A DNA stretch of 64,000 bases from Verrucomicrobiota bacterium (GCA_039192515.1 JBCCXA010000010.1:11126-75125); one strand, 5' to 3'; shown: positions 1-10,699, numbered from the stretch's first letter. Notes: generated from the letters alone by a model not told the origin. Numbers and translations: made by a program.

Positions 1-1052
1 TGATACTGCTCTAAGAGTGGATCAGAGGGAGCTAATTCATAAGGATTAATACCCTTATGCTGCATCATCCCTTCCCAAATATACCTCCAAATATCATCGC
101 CAGGATACATCCATAACAAAGCGATGCGCGGCCCAAGAACAACAAGCCAAAACAACCACCATTTAACATGCCTTAACCCCCAACTGATAACAAAGCCTAA
201 ACCCATGATCGCCGCACCCTTTAGAAATTCAGGCACTGCTGCAAGAAAACGAAAATCGCCTACTGGCAAAATAACGGCACTACCCCAAGCATAGCAGAAA
301 AGCACCAATATTGTTAGTATTGCTTGAAGCCATGGTCTGCCTATTATCTGAGAAATATCTTGAATGATCAGCTTCCCCAGTGTTCCTAGAATGATTGATC
401 CCGCAAGAAAACTACCTTTAATAGTGCCTGCTATTTTTGATTTACCCCCTTTTCTATGAAAGTAGGCAACATCGACTTCCTGAGTAAGGATCTTTTTACT
501 AGCCGCCTTGGCTTGCATTTCTACCGTCCATCCGAAGGCACGATCTTCCATCTTTAGCGCATCTAAAGTTTCTCTTTTGATTAATCTTAGCGGCCCAAGA
601 TCATGAAACTTCTTACCCCAGGCTAAACACATAATATTTCCGGCTAACCAACTTCCAAAACGTTGAACCGGTGTCATTACGGAGCGCCCCTCATCAGATG
701 CTAGTCTATTTCCTAAAACAAAATCATATTGTTGCGCCTCATCAAAGAACTTTGCTAATGCCCCAAGATCATCACTACCATCACCGTCACAGAACAAGAT
801 CCATTCGATTTGCTCTGGCAAATCCTTCATGCCACTCCAGCAAGCTTGTCCATAGCCCATCTTCGACTCATGAATAACCTCTGCACCAGCCTCCTTAGAG
901 ATACAGTCCGTTTCATCAATACTGCCATTATCTACGACACGTATGTAACTTAACCCCAACGAATGCAAATTCTTAATGACATCAGCAATCGTCTCCCGTT
1001 CATTCAAGGCGGGAATAATCACCTGCACACGCTTTAAGTCTATACCACTCAT
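1..1052 (-). CDS. Family-2 glycosyltransferase fused to a polytopic membrane (GT-C/DUF2029-like) domain; N-terminal ~350 codons, 3' end beyond window
   Basis: Own minus-strand translation from ATG at 1052..1050: MSGIDLKRVQVIIPALNERETIADVIKNL..VVDNGSIDET..FCDGDGSDD (GT2 fold), then hydrophobic helices and GDDIWRYIWEGMMQHKGINPY. The frame stays open to position 1. It is absent from the ORF track because the window edge truncates it. Confidence 0.75.
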   Translation of the reverse strand, partial: MSGIDLKRVQVIIPALNERETIADVIKNLHSLGLSYIRVVDNGSIDETDCISKEAGAEVIHESKMGYGQACWSGMKDLPEQIEWILFCDGDGSDDLGALAKFFDEAQQYDFVLGNRLASDEGRSVMTPVQRFGSWLAGNIMCLAWGKKFHDLGPLRLIKRETLDALKMEDRAFGWTVEMQAKAASKKILTQEVDVAYFHRKGGKSKIAGTIKGSFLAGSIILGTLGKLIIQDISQIIGRPWLQAILTILVLFCYAWGSAVILPVGDFRFLAAVPEFLKGAAIMGLGFVISWGLRHVKWWLFWLVVLGPRIALLWMYPGDDIWRYIWEGMMQHKGINPYELAPSDPLLEQY

Positions 1053-1229
1053 TAGGTTGATTTCTTATCGGCTAAACTCATGAGATGCCTATGAAGCGCA
1101 TTTGTTCCATTGACCTTCAAATGTAGGCAGTAAACTTAGCCAACGCACACTCGATTTGACACATCTATACTCTGTTGTAAATAAGTATTGGCAAAGAACT
1201 AGATCTTTGCTCAAAACAAGATCATCATT

Positions 1230-1835
1230 ATGAATGTAAAAGAAGCAATTGAAACACGACGTGCTGTAAAGCACTATGACCCTGAATATATCATGTCTGA
1301 GGAGGATTTAGCTGAGTTGGTGCGCCTAACCAAATTGGCACCCTCCTCATTCAATATCCAAAACTATAGGTTTTTAATCATCCGAGACCCTGAAACGCGC
1401 AAAGAGATTCGTGAAGTTGCATGGGACCAGGCTCAAGTGACCGATGCCAGCGTTCTGTTTTTAATGTGTGCAGACTTGTCAGCTCACGAAGCCGAACCCG
1501 CTAAGTATTGGGGGCATGCACCTAAAGAAGTCCAAGACATACTTGGGCCGATGATAAAACCATTTTATGATGGTAAAAGTGAATTAATCCGTGACGAAGC
1601 CAACCGCTCTGCAGCTCTAGCTGGTATGACTCTTATGCTCGCAGCTCGCGAACTCGGTTATGACTCCTGCCCCATGGTTGGGTTTGATTTTGAGAAGGTT
1701 GCAAAAATCGTTAACCTTCCTAGTAACTTTATTATTAGTTTCATGGTCGTGGTTGGAAAAAGCACCAAACCCGCCTGGGACAGGGGAGAACGACTTCCCG
1801 ATACAGAAATTGTTATCTATGATAAATTCAAGTAA
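1230..1835 (+). CDS. NAD(P)H nitroreductase family protein
   Basis: 201 aa with RRAVKHY..PSSFNIQNYRF near the N-terminus, typical of the nitroreductase fold. Confidence 0.8.
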   Translation: MNVKEAIETRRAVKHYDPEYIMSEEDLAELVRLTKLAPSSFNIQNYRFLIIRDPETRKEIREVAWDQAQVTDASVLFLMCADLSAHEAEPAKYWGHAPKEVQDILGPMIKPFYDGKSELIRDEANRSAALAGMTLMLAARELGYDSCPMVGFDFEKVAKIVNLPSNFIISFMVVVGKSTKPAWDRGERLPDTEIVIYDKFK

Positions 1836-1846
1836 CCCGATATTTT

Positions 1847-1874
1847 AATAAGGCGAGCTAAGACTCGCCTTATT
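1847..1874. terminator. Bidirectional hairpin between convergent genes
   Basis: AATAAGGCGAG-ctaaga-CTCGCCTTATT is a perfect 11-bp stem between the stops of 1230..1835 (+) and 1900..2490 (-). Confidence 0.6.
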
Positions 1875-1899
1875 GATGTTCTTTATTTGGATATTCATT

Positions 1900-2490
1900 T
1901 TAATCTAAGTTTGAAAGATAATCCTTAACACCATCAGCTGTCGGCTTCATGGCGGCATCACCTTTTTCCCAATTGGCTGGACATACTTCACCATTCTCTT
2001 CGACATATTGCAGAGCATCCACCAAACGGAGCATTTCGTCTACATTACGTCCAAGAGGAAGATTATTAATCATCTGATGTTGAACAATACCTTGTTTATC
2101 GATCAAAAATGACGCACGTAAAGAAACACCATCAGGATGTTCCACACCGTAGGTAGCCATAATTTCTCGTTTTAAATCTGCCACGATTGGAAATTGCACT
2201 GGACCTATTCCACCGCCATTGATTGGTGTGTTCCTCCATGCTATGTGAGTGAATACTGAATCGATTGAAATGCCAATTAATTCAACATTACGCTTTTTGA
2301 ACTCCTCACAGCGCTTGTCATGCGCAATGATCTCTGTTGGACAAACAAATGTGAAATCTAAAGGCCAAAAAAATAAGGCCACATATTTCCCCCTAAAATC
2401 AGAAAGCCTGAAGGAATCATTAATGGTTCCATCAGGCATGACAGCTGACGCGTTAAAATCTGGAGCTTCTTTAGTTACTAAGACACTCAT
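1900..2490 (-). CDS. Typical 2-Cys peroxiredoxin (AhpC/Tsa family)
   Basis: 196 aa with the peroxidatic motif FTFVCPTEI and the resolving-Cys context GEVCPANW. Confidence 0.9.
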   Translation of the reverse strand: MSVLVTKEAPDFNASAVMPDGTINDSFRLSDFRGKYVALFFWPLDFTFVCPTEIIAHDKRCEEFKKRNVELIGISIDSVFTHIAWRNTPINGGGIGPVQFPIVADLKREIMATYGVEHPDGVSLRASFLIDKQGIVQHQMINNLPLGRNVDEMLRLVDALQYVEENGEVCPANWEKGDAAMKPTADGVKDYLSNLD

Positions 2491-2573
2491 ATTTGCATTC
2501 CTTTCTTGTTGATCTTATATGAGCCAAGGTGCCACTAATCTAGCCTCACGCAAGTCGAAAGGACTATTTTTCC

Positions 2574-4007
2574 TTAAATAGCTTTAATTGTTAATGTAAC
2601 TTCATTTTTTAAGTTTTTCACTGCATCGAATGCCCTTCGCGTTATCTCTTGAACACTCCCTTTTCCATTTATGGACTCCACTAAATGGAGCTTACGAAAG
2701 AAATCTACAACCGGTTTGGTCTGGTCGTTGTAGGTCTTGATACGAGCTAGGATTGTCTCTGGCTTGTCATCCAAGCGCTGGTAAAGCTTTCCCTGACATT
2801 CATCACAGACTCCTTCCTTTAGAGGAGGACTAAAACTCTTGTGATAAGTCTTTTGACAGACAGAGCATGTTAGGCGGCCAGATAGTCTTCTAATAATTTC
2901 CTCCTCACACACATCTATCATGAGCACACCGCTTAGTTCCCTACCTAAATTCTGCATCATAATGAGTAGAGACTGAGCTTGTGGCAAAGTTCTAGGATAA
3001 CCGTCTAAGATCACTCCATTAGCAGCATCCTTTCTTGAAAGACGCTCAGAGACCATCTCTTCAACGATAGCATCTGGTGCAAGCTGACCACGTTCTATAT
3101 AGCTTTTTGCCATCTTACCTAGATCAGTTTGATTCGAAAAATGCTCTCGAAATAAGGCACCTGTAGAAATGTGCAAAAGGCGTAGCTGTGTGCTCAAATG
3201 TTCAGCCTGGGTGCCCTTGCCTGACCCTGGCCCACCAATCAACACAATATCTTTAGCTCGAGAGTCTTTGCCGAAACTAGCCTGAAGATTTGAGCGTCCT
3301 GCTCTCTTCGCGATCATTGTTTTAATAACGAATTTATCCGCTGTTACTCGACCGCCGTTTAGATGTTGATTCAATGAATCTTTTACATTTTCTCTCACGG
3401 CATCTATTCCCGCGCCAGCATCCAAGACTAATAACTTTTCTTTATTCACGTATCTTTCTAAAAGCGAGGGAATTAGCCTATAGAAAGTCTTGAGACGCAA
3501 ACTCATAATTTCTGGGCTATCGTGTTCACGCTCAATCAATACTCCCGGACAGCTATCACAATGCTGTTTCTTTTTGGGTGGATAATAATCACGATGAAAA
3601 ACTCTATAACACTCTGAGCAAATCATTCGACCTACCACACGATCAATGGCATCGTCGTTCGCAATATCCAAATAAATTACTGCATCAAGCTTGGTTTGAG
3701 ATTGCATAAATAGCTCACTTAAAAACTCCTCTTGAAAGACATTGCCAGGCAATCCATCAAAAATAATCCCTTTGTCCCGAGGTATTTGATTGTACCAATC
3801 TAACATCATAGCTTGTACAACTTCATCAGGAACAAGCTCCCCATTGTCCATGTAGCCTTTGGCTAACTGTCCGAGCTCAGTTTGCCTTGCTAAGTTATCT
3901 CGAAACCAGTCTCCCGGCGAAGCATGAACCATGTCTTGACCCTCTGACAGCAACTCTGTCTGGGTGCTTTTTCCTGCGCCTGGTGGACCTAGGATTGCAA
4001 CTTTCAC
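2574..4007 (-). CDS. adk: Tandem (double-domain) adenylate kinase
   Basis: 477 aa with two complete Adk units. Unit 1 has GPPGAGKSTQ and lid CSECYRVFH..CDSCPG. Unit 2 has GGPGSGKGTQ, DGYPRT and lid CSVCQKTYH..CDECQG. Confidence 0.85.
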   Translation of the reverse strand: MKVAILGPPGAGKSTQTELLSEGQDMVHASPGDWFRDNLARQTELGQLAKGYMDNGELVPDEVVQAMMLDWYNQIPRDKGIIFDGLPGNVFQEEFLSELFMQSQTKLDAVIYLDIANDDAIDRVVGRMICSECYRVFHRDYYPPKKKQHCDSCPGVLIEREHDSPEIMSLRLKTFYRLIPSLLERYVNKEKLLVLDAGAGIDAVRENVKDSLNQHLNGGRVTADKFVIKTMIAKRAGRSNLQASFGKDSRAKDIVLIGGPGSGKGTQAEHLSTQLRLLHISTGALFREHFSNQTDLGKMAKSYIERGQLAPDAIVEEMVSERLSRKDAANGVILDGYPRTLPQAQSLLIMMQNLGRELSGVLMIDVCEEEIIRRLSGRLTCSVCQKTYHKSFSPPLKEGVCDECQGKLYQRLDDKPETILARIKTYNDQTKPVVDFFRKLHLVESINGKGSVQEITRRAFDAVKNLKNEVTLTIKAI

Positions 4008-4236
4008 TATCTTTTCCTTATCTCATTTCTTTGAATCAATCGGAGGAAACATTCATGGTGACGCACAATTCACGCGATAGAAATCTACAAAATGATTGCC
4101 TTATGGCTTGCCCCCTTGCTTTAAGATAAAACCGAGGCTACTATGAAGCTATTAAAACTACAAATTTTTATGGTTTTATCCTACCCATAAAATTATAAGA
4201 AGTTGCATAATTTTATATCTAGTATAAGATTCTTAT

Positions 4237-5019
4237 ATGGTATTTATCAAGGACCCCGAAGAGGTTCACGATCCGGCTCCTGCATTAACTAGAGGCTTGG
4301 ATATACTTCAAATCTTAGAAGAAGAGGGACCAGCAAGCCTGGAATTCCTCTCTCAACATACTGGCTGGCCAAAGTCCTCAATCGCCCGTTTACTTCAAAG
4401 CCTTGAAAACTATGGCGCCATAGTCAGAGACTCTTTTACAAAGTTATACACTACTCAGTTACGACTTATTCCTAGCTCTCCTGAAGAAACGCTCCTTCGA
4501 GACCTATGCCGAACAGAACTCCAGGAGCTTTCAGAGGCCATTGATTTGACAGTCGAACTTTATGCATACCAAGATTCAAGAATTATTTTAAAAGAAATCA
4601 TTGAGCCTGAAGCTCCTGCGCTAAGGCTTACCTTGAAAGTAGGAGATTCACATGATCTCCTACAGTATGGGGCTCTCTCGCTTCAAGTGCTGAGTTTTAT
4701 CCTGCCCGAAGAAGCCTGGCCTCAAGATAACCTTTGGTATTACCAACAGGGCAAAAAGAAGAAGGTCACAGGCCGTAAGCTAGTCGAATCAATCAATGCC
4801 ACTCGTCATGATCGAGTTGCGTATGATGAGGAATTCAATGAGTTCGGCATCCGCCGATTTACCGCACCCATTTTCTCTCACGACCAAAGCCTGACTGCTA
4901 TTTTGAGTATTGCCCAGACCTGGACTCCACTAGCAGATAAGGATATTCACCACCTCGCGCAAGCAGCACAAAACTCGGCGTCACGACTTAGTGATTCATT
5001 TTCCAAAAAGGGTTTTTAG
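4237..5019 (+). CDS. IclR-family transcriptional regulator
   Basis: 260 aa with an N-terminal wHTH (LDILQILEEEGPASLEFLSQHTGWPKSSIARLLQSLENYG) and a C-terminal IclR-type effector domain of the expected length. Confidence 0.7.
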   Translation: MVFIKDPEEVHDPAPALTRGLDILQILEEEGPASLEFLSQHTGWPKSSIARLLQSLENYGAIVRDSFTKLYTTQLRLIPSSPEETLLRDLCRTELQELSEAIDLTVELYAYQDSRIILKEIIEPEAPALRLTLKVGDSHDLLQYGALSLQVLSFILPEEAWPQDNLWYYQQGKKKKVTGRKLVESINATRHDRVAYDEEFNEFGIRRFTAPIFSHDQSLTAILSIAQTWTPLADKDIHHLAQAAQNSASRLSDSFSKKGF

Positions 5020-5024
5020 AAATA

Positions 5025-5936
5025 TCAGCAGTCATCAACCTCACTCGAAGTCGATTGATCTAATGCTTTCAAAACCTCTTCAACATTCCCTGGACGATTT
5101 TGAGGTTGACGCTCGATCATGGCATGCACGGCTTCAATAATGGGTTTTCCTATGTCCGGTCGAAGCACTCCTAGGGATTTTGGAGCACCCTCAAGATGTA
5201 GTTGAATGATCCGCTTGATCTCCTCATGACCAAATGCCGATCTACCAGCCAGGGCGTGGTAGAAAACATGACCAAGAGAGTAAATATCTGAATAATATTG
5301 CGCACGCTCTCCTGAAATTAATTCTGGAGATACATACTCTGGGGTTCCTAAAATCTCCTTCTTGCCTAACTGAGCAAGCGTTTTAGTTTCATTCTCAAAG
5401 CTTGCTAGTCCAAAATCTAGAATCTTGACAGATATTTTACCCAAAGGATCTCTGTCTAACATGATGTTCTCGGGTTTAATATCACAATGTAATATGCTTT
5501 GTTTATGAATACTCCCTAAGCCGCTTAGAGCCTGCTTAGCTACTTCAATAAAATCCTCTTGAGTTAAAGGAGCTCTATCTAAAATTCTATCTAGGCCTTG
5601 CCCATGAATAAGCTCCATAATATAATAAATCATTGATTTACTTTTATAGCTGTCATAAAGCTCAACCACATTTGGGTGTTTACAAAGACTTAATAGCTCA
5701 CTTTCGCCCTTACCCAGCTCCTCATTGTGATAAGCTGCTACTGCTTCAGGTGTCAGTCTTTTAATAGCTATAGGCCTTTTATCAACACAGTCCCATCCAT
5801 GATAGATATTTGCAAGCCCGCCTGCCCCTATCATATCATATTGTTCATATCGGCCCTTCAATACTAAGGTGTCTTGAGGCCTGGAAGAAATTTCAACAAC
5901 TGAACGCATTTCTTTAATCAAAGTGCATTTTAGCAC
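5025..5936 (-). CDS. Ser/Thr protein kinase (Hanks type)
   Basis: Motifs AIKRL, HCDIKPENIM, DFGLA and GTPEYVSPE. Confidence 0.9.
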   Translation of the reverse strand: MLKCTLIKEMRSVVEISSRPQDTLVLKGRYEQYDMIGAGGLANIYHGWDCVDKRPIAIKRLTPEAVAAYHNEELGKGESELLSLCKHPNVVELYDSYKSKSMIYYIMELIHGQGLDRILDRAPLTQEDFIEVAKQALSGLGSIHKQSILHCDIKPENIMLDRDPLGKISVKILDFGLASFENETKTLAQLGKKEILGTPEYVSPELISGERAQYYSDIYSLGHVFYHALAGRSAFGHEEIKRIIQLHLEGAPKSLGVLRPDIGKPIIEAVHAMIERQPQNRPGNVEEVLKALDQSTSSEVDDC

Positions 5937-6077
5937 TCAATGTTCGTAGAGCAACTTAACATATGATCACCTTTATTTATGAGAGAGGCTCTATTTATTT
6001 CAAGCAAAGTCTCTAAGTATACAATTTAGCTAATATTTTCTTAGTCTTAATCGAGATTAGATTAGAGGTTGTAGAGT

Positions 6078-6365
6078 ATGGGATTTCCTGTAGATTTTTT
6101 TAGCATGTCAGAGGGTTATACAGATGGAATAGAATCCGCAGATGAATTCGATCATTCAGCAAATGCCGAAGTCGTCACTCAAGAAATTATCAAACGCTAT
6201 AAACCCTCGCCCCTCGGCCAAATAGTGAAAACCGTCGTCGATTGTACGGAAGGCAATTCCCAAAAAGTCATTCGCTATGCAAAAAAGAAGCCCTACCAAT
6301 CAATCGCTATCGCTGGCTTAACTGGCATCCTTATAGGTGCTATCTGCACGGCCAGAAAACGCTAG
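6078..6365 (+). CDS. DUF883 (ElaB/YqjD-like) tail-anchored membrane protein
   Basis: 95 aa whose C-terminus KKKPYQSIAIAGLTGILIGAICTARKR is typical of the family. Confidence 0.6.
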   Translation: MGFPVDFFSMSEGYTDGIESADEFDHSANAEVVTQEIIKRYKPSPLGQIVKTVVDCTEGNSQKVIRYAKKKPYQSIAIAGLTGILIGAICTARKR

Positions 6366-6450
6366 CGGTTCAACAACCCTCTTTATCTCTGGGTCAAACA
6401 CCCCTGCACTATTAGCAAGTATTTCGTATTAAGTCGGCTTAGCCAGAGCC

Positions 6451-7608
6451 TTAGAGCGTCTGTAGAAACCTTACTAGCTGCTCGCGGTTTGGGCTATTTG
6501 CATGTCGCACGTAAAAGCCAGAGTTTGCCACTGCTAGTTGGAGTGCATGACCTAGGCTCAAACCAAGCAACCGACCAATTAGGAAACCTGCATTGAAGTG
6601 ATCTCCCGCACCAGTGCTAATCTTAGGTTTTGCTGTAAATGGTCCAGCCACAAACGTTTCTCCGTCCGCATCAGCCCCGCAAGCATACTGAACTGGATGG
6701 ACTACGACCGTATGCAAATTAAGTTTCTCCCTGATCGCACCGGATAGGCCTGTGTATCCCTTGGGTGTCTTGGGAAAATTCTTTAACCGCAGCACCTTAG
6801 CCACTTGGAGGGACTCACTTTCATTAAGCCCAAGAATCACATCATGCTTGCCCTGGAAATCCGCAATAATTTTGAGAGCTGCATTGAGATCCGCATCTGT
6901 TCGCTTGGCAGGATCCGCCAGATCAAAGAACATCAGTTTTTTCTTATCCTTCTTTGCATTCTTGAACTCAGACTGCAATTTCTTCCAAATTGCCGACATG
7001 TGAGGAAGCATGGTCCAGTTCACCATAGCTACAAAATCAGAGTTTAGCCACAGCTTCTTGAAGTTAGCATCGCCCATACGCTTCTTAATGTTATCCCAAC
7101 TAACTTCACTTACGGTACCATGCTGACCAAACATCAACTTACCATCCTGGAATTCCAAAGCAGAAGTGTAGCCAGGCTCCGCAATCGAGTGAACTTTTGC
7201 ACGCTTAGCAAATTCCTTAAAGACATAATTAATCTCAGGATAACCGAGCATACCTACATACTCAATAGGGGCACCTAAGGTACTGAGCGCAAACGCCATA
7301 ATAGGCCCATTACCGCCAATCTTCTCGGTGCTCTCAATAATTTCAAAGTTCGTGCTTTGTCCAGCGGCATCATTAATCTTTTTGGCGAATTTCTTCATAG
7401 ATGCATACGGCGTGTATTTTGTGATCGTCTGGCGCTGATCAACCACATCGAAGATGGAATCAACAAAGCCGTCGAAACCAACAAGACCTTTATATTTGAG
7501 CAATTGTGCTCTTGAACCTATTAAACGCTCGGCAGTCTGACGAGCCAATCTAGAATCTGTAGACATTGGGGTAGGCATAAGCGTGGCAATATAGCAAAGC
7601 CATTTCAT
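6451..7608 (-). CDS. PfkB-family carbohydrate kinase
   Basis: 385 aa with C-terminal TGAGDHFNAGF (PfkB signature 2). The start is uncertain; an alternative ATG lies at 7566. Confidence 0.7.
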   Translation of the reverse strand: MKWLCYIATLMPTPMSTDSRLARQTAERLIGSRAQLLKYKGLVGFDGFVDSIFDVVDQRQTITKYTPYASMKKFAKKINDAAGQSTNFEIIESTEKIGGNGPIMAFALSTLGAPIEYVGMLGYPEINYVFKEFAKRAKVHSIAEPGYTSALEFQDGKLMFGQHGTVSEVSWDNIKKRMGDANFKKLWLNSDFVAMVNWTMLPHMSAIWKKLQSEFKNAKKDKKKLMFFDLADPAKRTDADLNAALKIIADFQGKHDVILGLNESESLQVAKVLRLKNFPKTPKGYTGLSGAIREKLNLHTVVVHPVQYACGADADGETFVAGPFTAKPKISTGAGDHFNAGFLIGRLLGLSLGHALQLAVANSGFYVRHANSPNREQLVRFLQTL

Positions 7609-7824
7609 CTGGCAAGAGTCATTGTCAGAAAAGTTAAAAAACTATCCTTTCTCGAAAAGACGTTCTCTCAGAAAACTTATTATAGCAAGTTGTACTACTA
7701 GAGATGCAACTTGTCGGTGAAATCTACCTTACTTGAATTTGATTCAACCAATATGGTACAACTAAACCTATTTTCTGTCTTCTCAGCTTTTCAACCTCCA
7801 CCTATAACCGTTGCCTTAACTATC

Positions 7825-8364
7825 ATGTCAAAAAATATCGTTTACTTTGATCTAGAAACACAAAAGAGTGCGCAAGAAGTGGGTGGCTGGGGAAACATTG
7901 CAGATATGAAAATGTCGATTGGCGTTACCTACAGCACTACAAGACAAACCTATCGTATTTACACGGAAAAAGAAATCCAGGAACTCATTGAGGAATTACA
8001 AAGAGCAGATTTAGTTGTTGGCTTCAATGTCATTCGCTTCGATTTTGAAGTACTCAGACCTTACGCCATCTTCGACTTTTCTCAGGTACCAACTCTAGAC
8101 ATGATGGTTAGTTTGGAGAAAATGATCGGCCATCGTCTCAAATTAGACTCAGTCCTTGAAGCAAGTTGCGGTGTTAACAAAACAGCAGTTGGCACCGAAG
8201 CCCTGAAATGGTGGAAAGAAGGTAAGATCCGAGAAATAGCTGAGTACTGCTGCTACGATGTTAAAGCAACTAAATGGGTCCATGAATTTGGTGCAATAAA
8301 TAAAAAAGTGCTGTATGAAAATTCGCGAACCAAGCTGAAGGAATCCATAGCTGTGAACTGGTAG
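7825..8364 (+). CDS. RNase H-like / DEDD-type exonuclease-fold protein
   Basis: IVYFDLETQ (ExoI-like D-x-E), GFNVIRFDFEVL and YCCYDVKAT motifs. I prefer the ATG at 7825 over the track's TTG at 7711. Confidence 0.55.
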   Translation: MSKNIVYFDLETQKSAQEVGGWGNIADMKMSIGVTYSTTRQTYRIYTEKEIQELIEELQRADLVVGFNVIRFDFEVLRPYAIFDFSQVPTLDMMVSLEKMIGHRLKLDSVLEASCGVNKTAVGTEALKWWKEGKIREIAEYCCYDVKATKWVHEFGAINKKVLYENSRTKLKESIAVNW

Positions 8365-8759
8365 ATTCTAACCAGCCATAATTTGAACTTCTCCTGTGGC
8401 TAAAATAAAACAAACGGTTGGTTAAATTACTACATTTTAACCAACATCTAGCTCGAGCTAAGACTGTAGTAAACCGTAGAATTTGAATTCATCGAATCAC
8501 CACAGTCTTACTATTATCACGAGTTATAAACAAGTGCGGACACCGCGGGTTAAAATATGTTCAAAGTTTTTTATTTTTTTCTAAAAAATCGTGTTGACCA
8601 ACCGAACTTACTTCATAACCTGATAATTATATAGAGGTGAGGGAGTTTGGTATACGCTATGCCAGGGTATCGCCTCTATTCAGTAACCAAAGTATCTGTA
8701 TTCCTGAGTGTGGGTTCACATAAATGATACAGATATTAAATAGGAAGAATATAAAGAAC

Positions 8760-9950
8760 ATGAATAAATTCGTAACTAGCCTCTTCGCAGCCGCAGCTAT
8801 TGCATCACCTACTTTTGCAGGTGCTCCTGCCCCCGCTGCCAAGGACCTCGAAGAAGTAATTGAAGAAGTAAACTACGTAGAAACAGCTAAGACAGGAATC
8901 ATTTTAAGTGGTTATGTCGATGCTGGTTATATCTACAACTTTAGCAGTGGTGGATCAGCCCTTCGTGCGCCGGATGACAATAGTGCAGAGGGTGATTTTA
9001 ATCTTAATGCATTCAAGCTAGCCCTAGAGAAACCTCTGAGTGACGCTAACGAACTTCAAGCAGGTTTCCGCGTTGACCTTGTATTCGGTGAAGATGCTGG
9101 TTCTACATTCGGCGGTAACACAGCGGGATCTCCTGATGGCGACAGTTTCGCCGTAGAGCAAGCTTATGTTCAATTTCGCATGCCTGTTCTCAATGGTGTC
9201 GATGTCTCGGTTGGTAAGTTTGTTACTTGGTTAGGCTACGATGTTTTTGAACGTCCTGCTAACCTACACATCACCTATGGTAACCTTTTCTGGAATGCGA
9301 TTCCAGCTGACCACACGGGTATCGCATTCACAACTTCCATCAATGATACCATTGATGATGTCGGTTTCGCTATAGTCAACGGAGTAAACACTGATGATGG
9401 AGCTGGTCTAACAGACACCGATACTTACGGTCTGATGGCTAAGGTCAATGTTACGAACCCAGGCGGAAACGCTAATTTCTACCAATCTATTTATTATTCA
9501 TGGAATGGCGCAAACGATTGGGCACTTGGTGGAACCGCTAATGGCGAAACTTTTGTTTATGACAGTTGGGGAAACTGGTTGCCAACCTTTGCTGATGACA
9601 AGTTATTGCTAGGAGCTAACTTCAATTTTGGATACGCTGAACTGGGTGGAACACTGGACGAAAGTTTCTGGTGGGGAACTGCTCTAGAAGCTAAATACCA
9701 GTTTACCGACATCTTCAGCCTCGCGGGTCGTTGGGATTACTTCAACGCTGTTGATGGAAGAAAGCTAGGAACAGCAGGCGTAACAGAAGAGATTTACAGC
9801 TACACTCTAACAGCTGGATTCGACCTTCTTGAAAACTTGCTGCTTCGTGCCGAGTATCGACTCGACTGGGGAAATGGCGTGGAAACCGATGGCCCTGGAA
9901 CAGATGGGATTGTTCACACAGTTGCAGCACAAGCTGTATACAGCTTCTAA
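8760..9950 (+). CDS. Outer-membrane beta-barrel porin
   Basis: Signal peptide MNKFVTSLFAAAAIASPTFAGAP, an alternating Gly/aromatic-rich sequence and a C-terminal ...AQAVYSF (terminal Phe). ATG 8760 is chosen over the upstream ATG at 8724. Confidence 0.7.
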   Translation: MNKFVTSLFAAAAIASPTFAGAPAPAAKDLEEVIEEVNYVETAKTGIILSGYVDAGYIYNFSSGGSALRAPDDNSAEGDFNLNAFKLALEKPLSDANELQAGFRVDLVFGEDAGSTFGGNTAGSPDGDSFAVEQAYVQFRMPVLNGVDVSVGKFVTWLGYDVFERPANLHITYGNLFWNAIPADHTGIAFTTSINDTIDDVGFAIVNGVNTDDGAGLTDTDTYGLMAKVNVTNPGGNANFYQSIYYSWNGANDWALGGTANGETFVYDSWGNWLPTFADDKLLLGANFNFGYAELGGTLDESFWWGTALEAKYQFTDIFSLAGRWDYFNAVDGRKLGTAGVTEEIYSYTLTAGFDLLENLLLRAEYRLDWGNGVETDGPGTDGIVHTVAAQAVYSF

Positions 9951-9979
9951 CCAAAGAAGTTAACGGAATTGTTTTCACA

Positions 9980-10009
9980 AGAGCCCTACTGAGTAGGGCT
10001 CTTTTTTTT
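9980..10009 (+). terminator. Rho-independent terminator of the porin gene
   Basis: AGAGCCCTAC-tgag-TAGGGCTCT followed by TTTTTTTT. Confidence 0.85.
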
Positions 10010-10125
10010 GCTTATTTGCCATTTGCCAAATAGCTATGAAAATGAGTCAAAACTCGAATCAGGCTAAGCCACCCCTCCAATAGCAGAAACAAAACCACAT
10101 GCCTGTTAATGAGAGCATTACTGAA

Positions 10126-10370
10126 TTAAACCCGGACGATGTCATAAAAGCTTAGCGAGATGCCCAAAAGCTTGAGCCACAAGGAAAAGAGAATCGATTA
10201 AGATATATCCATCCCATGGTCTCAGCGTAGCTTTTACAACAAAGCGAAGGCTTAGATCCAAGCGCGCAGATCACCCATCCAGAAAGAGGTGAGACATAGG
10301 TCTCCATAACGTAATATCTCTAGGAGATTCTATGCTTCTTGGGCCAAGATCTTTAAGTCCCTACCGATGC
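10126..10370. repeat. Intergenic repeat family, copy A (long form)
   Basis: Aligns by eye with 25491..25663 and 25861..26108. Shared blocks are AAACC, GAGAT, AAAAGCTTGAGCCACAAGGAAAAGAGAATCGA, GTCTCAGCGTAGC, CCAGAAAGAGGTGA and CTTTAAG. Confidence 0.7.
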
Positions 10371-10699
10371 TTTAGACTCATCACCTTAGTTGAGAAGAAA
10401 GCTCACTCATAAGATCAAATGGCCCAAGCTAAAAAGACAGGGCTTATCGAGCTGCATGAAAGTGCCAAAATCTTTTGGACACCCGTGGCATGGTATTTGC
10501 TAATAAACAATGTGTTTCTAGAATTTAGAATGAAAGAAATAACTTGGGGCACCAAATTAGCAATGGGTGAAAATAGATAAGCAGCATCTTGGATAGATAA
10601 TGGAATATTTAACAAAGGTAAGTAAAACAGCCAATCATAAGCCGTTCTTATTTGCATAAGAGTATGATTTTTTTGTTCATTCGTCATACTTGAAAGACA

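Noticed and set aside
671-1274. Track ORFs 671..877 (+) and 1089..1274 (-).
   Set aside because: The first lies antisense within the GT2 gene. The second spans the intergenic region and the start of the nitroreductase gene. Neither has family features.
10415-10687. The 90-aa minus-strand ORF just upstream of the GS-like gene.
   Set aside because: It is an AT-rich, hydrophobic, low-complexity translation in a likely promoter region. It has no RBS or family and is judged spurious.
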